From NCBI GenBank assembly GCA_943704425.1, contig CALSCP010001726.1:1-58157 (forward strand): a DNA stretch of 58,157 bases, given 5' to 3'. Below, one piece after another: positions 1 to 11,978 of the stretch. The DNA is from Ministeria vibrans ATCC 50519 (Eukaryota; Protista; Filasterea). The notes beneath the pieces are model-generated. The model was given only the letters and a program-made list of their open reading frames with translations, searched no databases and had not been told where the DNA came from. Within the stretch, counting starts at the first letter, position 1. Each line of letters starts with the position of its first letter. Made by a program: the position numbers and the translations under genes.

Positions 1-51
<51 letters not shown>

Positions 52-65
52 TGTGTGTGTGTGTG
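1..65. repeat. (GA)n then (GT)n microsatellite at window start
   Basis: Directly visible dinucleotide runs; probably a contig end. Confidence 0.95.
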
Positions 66-1238
66 AATATGCAGTTTGTTTCACAGTTTTGCATTGGTAT
101 CATAAATGGTACGTTATTCAACAATCATAAGAACCATCTCTAACTATCACTGAATCACATGCCCAGGTTCTTGTTTTTTTTTTTTCGACGTAAGGAAAAT
201 GAAAAAAATAAGCGATATTGAGTCAACTTCCAAATGTTGGAGAGTTTCGCTCTCTTCTCTCCCTGACCCTCTGTCTGTCTGTCCCTCCCTTGATCCCTCT
301 CTTGACACCCAAATGAGTGAATATTGACCGCAGTCCGCCGGGAAGTAAGTTATTGAGATGCGTTGTGGAGACAAAACGAAATCAACCGCGTGATTTGTTG
401 GGATATATTATTATGATAAGCAACCAAGAAAATGACTTGCTTGCATAGTGCGGGCGTGTGTTCAGCAAAAAGCATTTAGCATGGACTGACGACTATTGAA
501 GTTTGATAGGAAGTAGGCGGTGATAGCAATGAACGAAGAAGGAACGTAGAAATTTTCGTCCGCCAATGCAGCGTCGTTTCGCGAACGAGAAGAAATAAAA
601 GATAAGCCAAATACGCAATATGCAAAGCCTACAGCAGTCACGCCGTAACGGGGCTAACAATGGCAATACAGCTAACAGCATGGAGAAGGGAGGGGGAGGG
701 GGAGACATGAAGGGGAACGGTGAGGGGGGAAGTGGAAAATTACCTGCGAAGTGCTTGCAAGGAAACCCCCGCTGTGTACAAGTATTGACTGATTCACTAT
801 CCAAATACCAATAGCCAGTAGCAAACGGGAGTCTCAGAGGGGAAGGAATTAAAAAAGTGACGAATAAATAAGTTTACAGTTAGGTCTCGATAATGTTTTT
901 GTCTAATAACTCTTCATTCTTGAGTTCGGCGTTTGGTACACAGTTTGACGAGAAATCCCAAGCTTTATTGATAAAATGTATATAATTTTTACACACTCTC
1001 CACGATTGAGTTGGATATATAATAAAACAGCTAACATTTCGACTGTCAATGAGACGCCATTAAGTAGTAGTACTGGAGAGCAGAAGAATGATTTTTCCGG
1101 GTTTGTAAATGATCTCAGAAGATGAGAATGATCTTGAACCGTGCTTGAACCCTTCTCAATCAAATATGTGTCACTTTGTCTTTTTGAGGGGTTTATTTGT
1201 ACAGAAGAATCAGGCTTGGGCGTTGAACCAACAACACG

Positions 1239-1284
<46 letters not shown>

Positions 1285-1344
1285 GGGAGAAACAGAGAAA
1301 AAGGAGGGAGAAGCAGAGAGAAAGGAGGGAGAAACAGAGTGATG

Positions 1345-2834
1345 TCAGCTGAAAATAACCCCAATAGCTGTTTCTACAACCCAATTGGTCTGTTCCAGTG
1401 TATCCTTGGCCGTTTTTGCATCAATTCCCATTTCAACCAACTGTTTGATCTTCTCAGCGCGAGGATCACTTTGGTCACCTAATAAAAAATGAGAAAACAG
1501 AATAAGAAATAATAATTATTATACCGTGAGCGTATTTTTGTCTCCATTCTTTTGCGTGCGTCTGGAAGAGCGGCTGATTGTCCTTGTACTCCTGCGCAAC
1601 CACCGCATCCTATACATAGAACACAATCAGAACTCACTCAAATGTCAACTCTCTCATTCTATAATTATAATTATAATTATAAATTATTATTATTATTATT
1701 ATATATAATTATAATAATTATAATAATTATTTATAATATAATATATATATATATCAGTCTCTCTCTCTGCATCACTTTGTTTCTTTCTCCCTCCTCTCTC
1801 TCTATCAGTCTGTCTGTGTTACTTGGGGATCGTCTGGTTCTGGAGATTGCATCAGTGCTTGAATGGACAGGAGGACAGTACGCAGTGTCATTGCTGCTGC
1901 CCATTGGTCCTACAATACACCGTATTCATTTGTTTTGTCGTTTCATCTCTGTCTCTGTCTCTCTCTGTCTCTGTCTCTTGTATTTGTGGGTACTTTGAGG
2001 ATGTCAAGACAGATTGCGCCGGTGACGGAGCTGACATTGGGATGCCATATTTTAGTGCGAAACTTCACCTGAAAGGAATAATAATGTTATAGAAGAAGAC
2101 GAAGATATCTCCAAATTATTATCAACCACAGACGAAAAAACGACAATATATAATGATACAATACAAAAAAGAATTATAATTATGGTTGTGACACTATGAC
2201 ATGTTTTGAGTGATGTTGATATGTGTTGCTCAACCCACAACCACACACACACCAATCTGTACCTTGGGAGGGACAAAGGGGTAGTTTGAAGGAATGTTGA
2301 TCTCGAGCACGTACTTTCCGTCGGCGTACGGCGTTCCTTCGGGACCAGTGACCTGTAAGCAGAGAGAGAGAGAGAGAGAGTCGAACAAACCTTAGACCGA
2401 CTTTTTCTTTCTTTTTGTGCGTTTGCCGATTTGACGACAGAGTCGCGACAGAGCAAAATAGATGGAGAGGTGGGGGAAAGAGAGAGTTGTAGATGAGAGG
2501 GAGAGCGACGGCAAAAGCCTTTGAGAGTGCAGAGAAAGGAGAAGAGGAAGAAAGAAAGAAAGAAAAAAAAAACGAAATGTTCGTCCCATACCGTTCCCAC
2601 AAGATGCAAGAGATCGCCTTCATCGGGTAGCTCAAGAAGAATACCACATCCACCGAGCTACGCACAAAGGGAGGCGGAAGAAAGCGGTGGGGAGCGCAGA
2701 GAGAGGTCAGAGGAGACAGAGCGACACTCATACATTATAATTATATGATTATTATATTATACAGTCGCATCCTTGTTGGCTTCTTTGTATTCGCGCCGCA
2801 CGCGTGCGATGGCAGTGCCCGGAACGGATGCCAT
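1345..2834 (-). CDS. UBE2K: Ubiquitin-conjugating enzyme E2 K (UBC domain + C-terminal UBA), about 7 exons
   Basis: Spliced exons read [24 protein letters not shown] / [30 protein letters not shown] / [25 protein letters not shown] (HPN motif and catalytic Cys) / [29 protein letters not shown] / DAVVAQEY... / [35 protein letters not shown] (UBA). Introns are GT-AG. Confidence 0.93.
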
Positions 2835-2959
2835 TGTATTGGAGGAATGAAAAGAATTGTGAGACAGTGAGAGCAGACTCAGAGATAGATTGATCACTGA
2901 TTAACTTTTTTCTTTGACGTTTGAACCCACTCACATAATCACATTTATTTCATATTGAC

Positions 2960-3161
2960 ATGGGGCTGTTTGGACACACCCCCACGCCCCAGGAGCAAGT
3001 GCGCGAATGGCGTCTGAAGATGAAGCACGAAGAGAGAACTCTCGACCGACAAATCCGCAGCATTGAACGAGAGGAGGCCAAGGTCAAGGCGTCGGTCAAG
3101 GACGCCGCCAAGAAGGGCGACCACGTAAGAAGACGTGCGCGCGCCTCCGTCTTGTGAGGGA

Positions 3162-3246
<85 letters not shown>

Positions 3247-4031
3247 ATAAATTTTTTTTCGTCCATTTACTGCTGGAACTCCTGCTGTGCGGATATGTGG
3301 CAGTGGCAGCGGACTGACACGCGTGTGTGCCGTGCAGGATGTCGCTAAGATCCTGTGTAAGGAGCTGGTGCGGTCGCGCAAGGCAGTCAACAAACTGCAC
3401 GCAAGCAAGGCGCAGCTCAACTCGGTGGTGATGAGCATGCAGCAGCAGATGTGTAAGGGGCACACACACATATATATACACACACATACAAAAAAAAACG
3501 AACAACAAAAAAAAAAGCAACTCAACCAATCTCTCTCTCTCTGTTTTTGTGTGTTTGTGCAGCTACTGCCAAAATTGCTGGAGCACTCTCGGCGAGCACA
3601 CAGGTGATGCAAGGGATGAATGCTCTTGTACGAGTACCCGAAGTCAGTGCTACGATGCAGGCGTTGTCGCGGGAAATGATGAAAGCGGGTCTTATTGAAG
3701 AGATGCTGGTGCGAACTTGGCGGCAAAAGACTCAAATGGGACGCTTAACGTGTGGTTTAGGAGGATACAATGGCAATGGATGACGACGACGAGTTGGAAG
3801 AGGAGGCAGAGGGTGAAGTCAATGCCATTCTTCACGAAGTCACCAAAGGTACATCATATGCAAGAGGGGAAGAGCTTCCTCATGATTAAAAATGTAGGGT
3901 TGTTGGGACAAGCGACTGTTGTTACGGATGCGCTTCCAAGCCAGGCTGAGCCAGCAGCACCCGAAGAAGACCAAGTGGCGGATGCTGAAGTGGAGGATAT
4001 GATGAGCAGACTCGAGACGCTCCGCAGTTGA
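2960..4031 (+). CDS. CHMP3: ESCRT-III subunit CHMP3/Vps24, 5 exons
   Basis: MGLFGHTPTPQEQVREWRLKMKHEERTLDRQIRSIEREEAKVK..., KELVRSRKAVNKLHASKAQLNSV, LSREMMKAGLIEEM, and C-terminal MIM1-like EDMMSRLETLRS*. Confidence 0.95.
3171..3244 (+). repeat. Poly(A) tract of about 74 nt in CHMP3 intron 1
   Basis: Directly visible homopolymer. Confidence 0.95.
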
Positions 4032-4517
4032 ATCCAATCTGTCTTTTTTTTTAATATACTCCTCACTGTAAGTACGTAAGTGAAATTTAACTTCTCAATG
4101 CCATTGACAGTATTCGACACCCATTGTATGATATTTTTATTGAATTCCGGATCGATAGATACATATATATATATTGTCCAACACAAATGTAGTAGAAGAA
4201 GAAGACATTTCCAATTTACTATCAATCACAAACGAAAAACGACAACACAAACAGGTCAGAACCAGTTTCTAAGCCACACAAATGTACTAGAAGAAGAAGA
4301 CATAAATGTACTATTAATTTTAATTTCGGTAGTGAACTTGTCGGTCTCACTCTTTCGTCCAATTGTCTGATTGATTGCGTCACATCAAATGATCAAAAAG
4401 TAAAATCACTTTATTCACTGGTTCAGTAGGCTCCTCTCTCCAAGTCTACATCCCCACCCTTCGTCCTTACCACTGCGCTTTATATACTATTTTTTTTCTT
4501 CTTTTTTTTCCTTTTCG

Positions 4518-6642
4518 ATGAATCATTTCAATCGTCTGCCCGACTCGCTGCTTGTCGAGATTCTCGCGCTCACGTGTACGGAGGACCTGCCAGCCGTCAT
4601 TGCGGCGTGCAAGCGATTCCACAGACTCCGCGATGAGTTCGTTCCGCAAACCATGTTACGTTCGCTCGAGCAGCATCGCTTCCGTTCGTCGGCCCTGCCG
4701 CGCGTCATGGACCTTCACCGACGCTTCTTCTCCAACCAAGACTACACACGTATCCTCATGCTTATCCTGCAGCGCAACAGCTGTCCCACGACGGCCGTGC
4801 GGCTGCTCCAGGCGAGTGTCTGTCTGCTGGGCGGCTCGCCATGGAAGTCTCACGCCGGTTCGGTCGACCCAGAGGCGCGTGAGATCCTGGGGCCGCGCCT
4901 CTTCCTCGACGCCGACCTGGTGGACGACGCGCAGTCGACCGGCGAGAAGACGAACACGGACACGCAGGACGACGAAGGACAGGAGGAGGAAGAAGAAGAG
5001 GAGGAGGAGCAGCACGCCGCGCAAGACGGCGACCACCATGATCTTGCGGACGATGACTTTGACCAAGACGACGACGACTTCTTTGATGTCGATGACGAGT
5101 TCTTCGATGATGATGGTCTTGACGTTATCATGGACGACGACGAGGACGAGGAGGATGAGGAGGACGACGACGTCGAGGGCCAAGCAAACCGTCCCGTTGT
5201 GTTCCACACGCTGTTCAAACGCGATCCCAAGAAGCGAATGAACTTTCCAGGTCTCTTCAGTCTGCTTCGTCGCAAGACCACTTCAAAGCAGATTCTTGCC
5301 GGAAAGGAGGTAAAGTCGTATCTAAAAACAAAACCTACAGGGCAAAAAAAAGAACACAAATGAAATGCTATTGACTCGTGCGGTTTGTGCATTAACTTTA
5401 TTGTTCATTTTTTATTTTATAGGTGGCACTGGGAGTATTGTGGTGCACTGCTCTGAACGAAGAAGACCGAGCGCAGATTGAGCGGTGTGGTGGACATGCG
5501 TACATTGTCGATGTACTTCGTGACCCACGCGCCTCGAGCAGTACAATGGAGGTAGACAATCCTATTGACATGCAACTCACATCTCTTTATCTCTGTTCTC
5601 TCTCTCTATCACTTTACTCTTTATCTCTGTTCTCTCTCTCTATCACTTTGTTTCTTTCTCCTTTCCATCACTTTGTTTCTTTCTCCTCTCTCTATCACTT
5701 TGTTTCTTTCTCCTTTCCATCACTTTGTTTCTTTCTCCTCTCTCTCTATCACTTTGTTTCTTTCTCCTCTCTCTCTATCACTTTGTTTCTTTCTCCCCTC
5801 TCTATCACTTTGTTTCTTTCTTCTCTCTGTATCACTTTGTTTCTTTCTTCTTCTCTCTCTATCACTTTGTTTCTTTCTTCTTCTCTCTCTATCACTTTGT
5901 TTCTTTCTCCTCTCTCTCTATCACTTTGTTTCTTTCTCCTCTCTCTATCACTTTGTTTCTTTCTCCTCTCTCTATCACTTTGTTTCTTTCTCCCTCCTCT
6001 CTCTCCCTCTCGCTCTCTCTGTTCACCTCTTTACTTTGTTTCTTTCTCCCTCCTCTCTCTCCCTCTCGCTCTCTCTGTTCACCTCTTTACTTTGTTTCTT
6101 TCTCTATTCTTTCTCCCTTCTCGCATTTTCATGGCTTACGTTGGTTGTTTTACTAGGTTGTTGCGTCGGCTATGGTCAACTTGGCGCTGAGTGATGAACC
6201 GTCGCGTTTGCTGGAGAAGCTCGGCTGTGTTGAGTTGTTGGTGGATTTGCTGCGGAATGGCACGCGATTGGCGCAAGAAAAGTGTGCAGTGGCGCTTGGG
6301 AATATGGGACAGGTAGAGAGTATTGCGTGTCGACTAGCGACGCCGGAGACGCTAGCTTTGTTACGGCACCGCATTGAGTATGGGCAGACCAAGCTGATTG
6401 TGGAAGAGTCAATTTGCACCCTGTGGAACGTTGTGTACTGCAACACACTTGCCGAAAAGGTCGCCCAGGCAGGCTTCCTGCCACTGCTTGTTAAGATGCT
6501 GGGCAAGTCTGACGATGAAGTGACTCTGTCCACGCGCGAGGCTGCCGCAGCTGCTCTCTGCAACTACGCCTGCACTGTGCACGATATGAACCCTCTCATT
6601 CAGGTCAGCCTACTAAATACTTGTTGCTTTGGTTTGTTTTTA

Positions 6643-6686
<44 letters not shown>

Positions 6687-7351
6687 TAAGAATGTGCGCA
6701 TGTATACCAACCTTGTGTAACTTCTCTGCATTTTGCATGTATATCAACCTTGTGCTGACTTCTCTGCATTTTTAGTTGGGAGCATGTGAAGCACTGTGCG
6801 AGTGCATCTTGGACGCCGCACACAACGACTTTTACATTGTGGCACAGGGCGAGAATCCTCTGCCCGCGACGTACAAGGCGTACCAGGATGGCTTTGACTA
6901 TGTCGAGGCCAAGTCTGCTCTCGGCGGAAAGGTCTACTTGCAGAAAGGTACGGTAGAAAAGAGATTGATTGCGTGCTTATTACTTTGTATTATTTTTTCA
7001 GGCGGCGAAGTGATCGATAGGGTATTGGGCACCATTGAGAATCTTTTGCGAGTCCAGGCACACAGTCTACACACATTTTATAATCGCTATCCGGACGTGT
7101 TCCGCGCCCTGAGCAGTATTCTGAATGAGCCTCGCTTACCACTACAGTTGATTGAGCGCACCTGCCGTCTCGTTTGCTGGTTTCTGAATGTGGTGCGTGC
7201 ACGACAGAACGAGCACTTGAAGACTGTTTTGTTGCCCGTGGCCCGTCAGCTCACCCAAACGGTCAAGTCGCCCATTGTGGGGCAGATGATGAGTGGACTC
7301 GAACGCACTGTGAATGGAAATGTTCCCTTTCCGACTTACTTGCGCGAGTGA
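4518..7351 (+). CDS. F-box protein with acidic linker and armadillo-type repeats, about 5 exons
   Basis: N-terminal FNRLPDSLLVEILALTCTEDLPAVIAACKRFHRL fits the F-box pattern. A D/E-rich tract follows, then ARM-like units (LGCVELLVDLLRNGTRLAQEKCAVALGNM; AGFLPLLVKMLGKSDDEVTLSTREAAAAALCNY). Approximate exons: 4518-5308, 5423-5551, 6157-6603, 6776-6947, 7002-7351. Confidence 0.75.
5580..6115 (+). repeat. Intronic minisatellite, unit about 23-29 bp (TCTCTCTATCACTTTGTTTCTTTCTCC)
   Basis: Imperfect tandem copies directly visible in intron 2 of the F-box gene. Confidence 0.9.
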
Positions 7352-7565
7352 ACCCCCAAAAGAGCTTGAGAGTGTTTGGTTGTTTGAACAAGAAAAAAAA
7401 GAGAGGCAAGAGAAAGCGAGAGAGGGAAAATTTAATCTGTAGTGGGGGGGTTTGTTTATATGTCAAGTTTGTTTGTTTTTTACTTCGACGAAAAGAATAA
7501 AAACGATAATAATTATTATTATAATTGATTCATTTCTTTTCGCACATCGTCTTTTGTAATGTGTA

Positions 7566-10500
7566 TTACAAATGCTGAAAGAGACCGAATGAGACGGGAC
7601 ACTTTGTGGAAAGAGATTGCTTGACAAAATTGTGCGCTTTTGTGAGGAGGGAAAGGAGAGAGCGTGGGGGAGCATCGGGGCACGCGTGAAGACGAGCCAG
7701 GAGGGGAGTAAAAACCGAGTGGCTGTCAAGGTGATCGTGGAAGGCAAGAAGACGACTGTACAGATGCACAAGTGCGGTGAGAGTGGGCTCGTCGCGGGAG
7801 AGGGGAAGCGATTTTGGTGCAGCGTGGGTGAGAACGGAGAAAATAAGGAGGGGGGGAAGGGCGTCGTTGTTGTCGTTGCTGTTGTTGTTGTCGTCGTTGC
7901 TGTCGCTGTTGTGTAAGGTGAAAACAATTTGAGAGGGAAACTGCTCGATGAGGGAGCGAGTCATTTGCAATGTAGCATTGTTGGTGTCAAGGGGCATTGT
8001 GGATGATGCCGAGACTTGAAGGGCCAGCTGGTGACGAAGAGAAGCACAGAGCTGTTGAAACACAATGCCAATGAGCGATGGAGTGGACGAGTGGACGCGA
8101 GTCAAGTAGCGATGGAACATGGTGAGGGCCTGGCTCGGATGACATACGGACGCCATGGAGAGCTGATGCTCGAGCACACTCGACACAAGACGCACCACAA
8201 GAGAGGGATTGTCACGCCATACACGCGGCACAGCGATAAAAGCCTCTTCAAGACGTCGCTGGTGCGCCAACTGGTCCAAGGCGTGTCCAGCGTAATCTAG
8301 TGTGACCTCGGCAAAGCAACGAGCCGTTCGCAGAAAATGATCCTGGCCAAGATGATTGCCATACAGGGGCACGGCGACAACGAGAGCACACAAGAGGGTC
8401 TCATGCTCCTTCAAAATGCGCTCAAGCTGTGTCGGCGAGCAAGGCATTTCACGCATCAGACGAAACACAAGGCCAACCATTTCGAGAGAGGGCACAGCCG
8501 TCGAACAGTCTCGCATCAAATGATCCACAAGGAAATGCACCATTTCTCCGCCAATCGTCGTCGAGTTCTCCGGCTCCTCCAATGCGCGACCCTGTCTTCT
8601 CGCTCTGTCGTACGGCGCACGCATGCCAATGGGCAGAAGAAGAACAAGTTGGAGCAAGTAGGTGGCGTCAACACGCGGCGAAATAAACAGATCAAGATCG
8701 ACAATGCCAGAAGGTGTGGAGGCAGGTTCAGAGAGGGCCGCGGTGCCATCGGAGGGCTGTTGTGAAATACGACTCAGTTGGAATTCGAAGAGAGCAAAAA
8801 GAACACTGCCACGTTCGTTCGAACGTAACGAGAGTGCGCGCAGGAGAGCACGCGAGACGGATTGACGGCCTTGCAAGGCGACTGCGTCATTGAGGTACTC
8901 AAATATGTAGACTGCGCGCGTGCCCGAGTCCAATGAGTCCTCCGACACGTTTACCGACAGCTCTCGATTCAACCATGTAAGAAGTGAAATTTGAGAGGGA
9001 CGATGACGATGGCGACAACGCCGACGGCGTCGAGAACAGTCCTGGCCGTATTGGCCAGATCTGAGGGGATCATCCTCTTCCTCCTCATCAGAGCTACCAT
9101 CAGCGCCGTTCGAGAAGACACTCTCTTCTCCCTGTTGAGGCTTTTGAATCGGTTGGGCGGGTTCCATGTCGGCGGCCACGGCGAGAATGGAGGTGGCGCG
9201 ATGGGCAAGGCGACAACAGTCTTGGTCGACGGACCAGACTAGGCGTTTGGCAAGCCAGGCAAAAGTGGCACTGACACAGGAGGGCAGGAGCGCAACTTGC
9301 TGGCGTGGCGGAACAGATTGTGCTGAGTGAGGCAACGACGACGACGACGACGACGACGACAACGACGCAGACAGAGAGGCAATGGTGGCACTCGATTGGA
9401 GCGTTTCAATCCACGTCAGGAGAAAACGTAAGGTCCACAGTTGCTCGGACAGCGTGGCCAGGGGGAGGAGACGCGAGACACGCTCGGTGAGTGTGTCGTT
9501 ATTCAAGTGGACAAATAGACAGGTGGCCGGCTCGAGGAGCTCTCGGTGGAGTTCGAGCGGTGTGCTGACAAGCAAGACAAGATGTTTACGGAGTGCCTCG
9601 GTGAACGCATCAGGAAGTGTGTTCAAGTGCTCAAGCAAGAGGGAGAGGGGTGTGTGGGGATGGAGGTGGTGGAGAGCTGAGAAGAAGCGAAGGAGAGCAT
9701 TGAGGGCGGGAGGGGCGGGAAAGACGTCGCCAAGGGACGCCTGGTAGAGCTGAAGGCACGAGTGGGCACGTTCAATGCACGAGAATACAATCTTCTTGTG
9801 TTGCAAGTGGTGTTGATGAATTTCGCTGCTGCTGCCGCCGCCGGAATGAGGAGCGGCCTTTTCGAGTTCCTCCTGCAGGTCTGCCAGACGACCGCACACT
9901 CCCAACAGAGTATTTGCGTGACTCGGCCGAGCAGTGGTGGTGGTCGATGATGTAGTAGCTGTAAGGCTTGTTGCTTTCGTTGTTGTGAGAGGGTTTCTTG
10001 AAGGGGACGTGGACGTATCGGTGGATTGGAGGTGAGCAGCATAGGAGGTCATGAGGGATGGAGGGATCTTTCCGGCAAGATCGAGAGTGCGCACAAGACG
10101 TTTTTGCTGCTCCAAAAGCGTGTGCTGTTGGTCGTGGTCGTCGGCAACAAGAGGATGAAAGAGAAGAGCGGGGAGAAACTCGCGAAGGAAAAAGGGTTTT
10201 CGAAAGAGACTCCATTGGAGAAGGTAAACTGGCAAACGCGTCTGGTTGTTGGACAGGCCAAAATCATGCACGGCACGAGAGGCAGCCTGAAGGCCTTCAT
10301 TTGTAGTAGCGGAGACACTATTGACAATTTTGCTCTTGCCCTTGTGATTGATGTTGTTGTTGTTGTTGTTGTTGTTAAGGGTGGCTAAGTCGATGACTTT
10401 GGTGTGAGACACGGCGACAATGTCGTCAAGTCGCGTGGCAATGAGGTCGAGCAGGTCGGAGACGGAGGGGCGTTGGAGACGGTGTTGCTTAAGAAGACGA

Positions 10501-11780
10501 TGTTGGACACGCAGACTCCATTCGGGTGAGTGTGGTACACAAAGAGTGAGTGCACGCGCAAGTGAGGCGAATCGCGTGTGTGTCAGTAGAGACGGGTCTT
10601 GCTCAATGTGCTGCGACGACGTTGACAGTGGCTGTTGAGCCATCAGATCTTGCGGTGAAAGAGTCACCTCTTGCACTACCTGTGTGAAGCTTTGGTGAAA
10701 AATCGTGTCCGAGGAGGTCGATGGATGAAGTGTCGCGAGGCACTGCAAGAGTGCAAGGGCGCGCGCCAGTGAGCGCGTCGTTTCGTTCGCGGTGTCTTCT
10801 GGCGAAGTGGCGTGGCGGGCAACAGGAAGCATGCGTGCAATGTGTTGCGTGATAAGATGTGCAATAGCAGGCTGGTAGCCATTGGGTAGTGTGTGAGCGA
10901 GAGCAAGGTAGTTGAGAGCGGGAGCGCGACCGAGCAGGGCGTTGTTGATGGACGAGTCGTCACTGGTGTCGACAACGATGGCATCAAGGACCTCGCAAAC
11001 ACCGGCGTCGCCAAAGAACGCGACAACAAAGCCAAGAGCAACGACCTGAGGAGTCGTCTCAGTGCGTTGTGCAGTAAGAAGAGACGCCAGCGAGAGACGT
11101 GGCACGGTTGAGTGGGGACAGAGAAGGTGACGACGTATAAGGCGATAGGCTTGCTGACGAGCGGTCGTATCGGTAAGGGAACCTAAGCGGCCAAACCAAG
11201 CGTCGGGGTCGTCAATAACACACGCTACAACGACTTGCAGAGCGAGACACGCCGATTCTTGAGACGACGACGATGACAATGAGTGAAGCAGGAGCAGTGT
11301 GAGGAGAGCGTCGCTCGCTTCGGTCGTGTTTGCCTCCGTCTCGTCCCGATTGTTGAGCACCGACACAATATGTTTGGCAACACGGTCGACGGAGCCCAAC
11401 TCGACAAAGAGGCGCCGCACGTAGAGGACGAAAGGGAGACATTGGTGTGCGTCGAGAGCAACAACAAGAGGCGCTGTGTACGCCCGCATGTCGACGCTAG
11501 CAGCGAAGAGGCTGGCCACAGCAGCAACAGTAATGCCTGCACTGGCGCCTTGTTGTAGTGCTGAGGCGATGGGAGTTCGATCTCGAAGAATGGCCGCGAC
11601 CACATCAGACGGTGAGACAATTTCGCGGCGCGAACAAAACGCACTGCTTGCTGCGTGCGCCTGAGCCGCATCAAGTGTCGCAAGCGCCTGTATACAGCTA
11701 GGAATCACATTCAATGCGGCTGAGCGCCCTCGTTTTGCACTGGGTGGGGGTGGTGCCTCTGGAGAGAGGTTACGTTTCAT
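7566..11780 (-). CDS. FANCA: Fanconi anemia group A protein homolog, single exon, 1404 aa
   Basis: Collinear blocks resemble human FANCA as recalled. [26 protein letters not shown] ~ [45 protein letters not shown] ~ [31 protein letters not shown] ~ [27 protein letters not shown] ~ WLHLELEIQPEADAL. Similar length, and a bipartite NLS-like N-terminus (KR...KRGR). Confidence 0.8.
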   Translation of the reverse strand: [1404 protein letters not shown]

Positions 11781-11978
11781 ATAAATAAAAATAAATAATA
11801 ATAATAATTATTATTATTATTAATTTTATTATTATTATTATTGGTACGTCTTTTTGATTTTCATTGGGATGATTAATTATTTATTGGAAAGACGTCTTCT
11901 TTAATTTATTACTCTCGATTCTCTATTAATTATTATTATGATTATTATATTTTTGTTATTATTATTGAGTTTAAGTAT

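Noticed and set aside
5580-6115. Possible CRISPR-like array
   Set aside because: The units are contiguous low-complexity repeats with no unique spacers, no cas genes are nearby, and the context is a eukaryotic intron.
5423-6194. Long S/L/F-rich ORFs here and at 30280-30779, 38628-39238, 53978-54463 and 2945-3529
   Set aside because: They are translations of intronic minisatellites, microsatellites and homopolymers that happen to lack stops.
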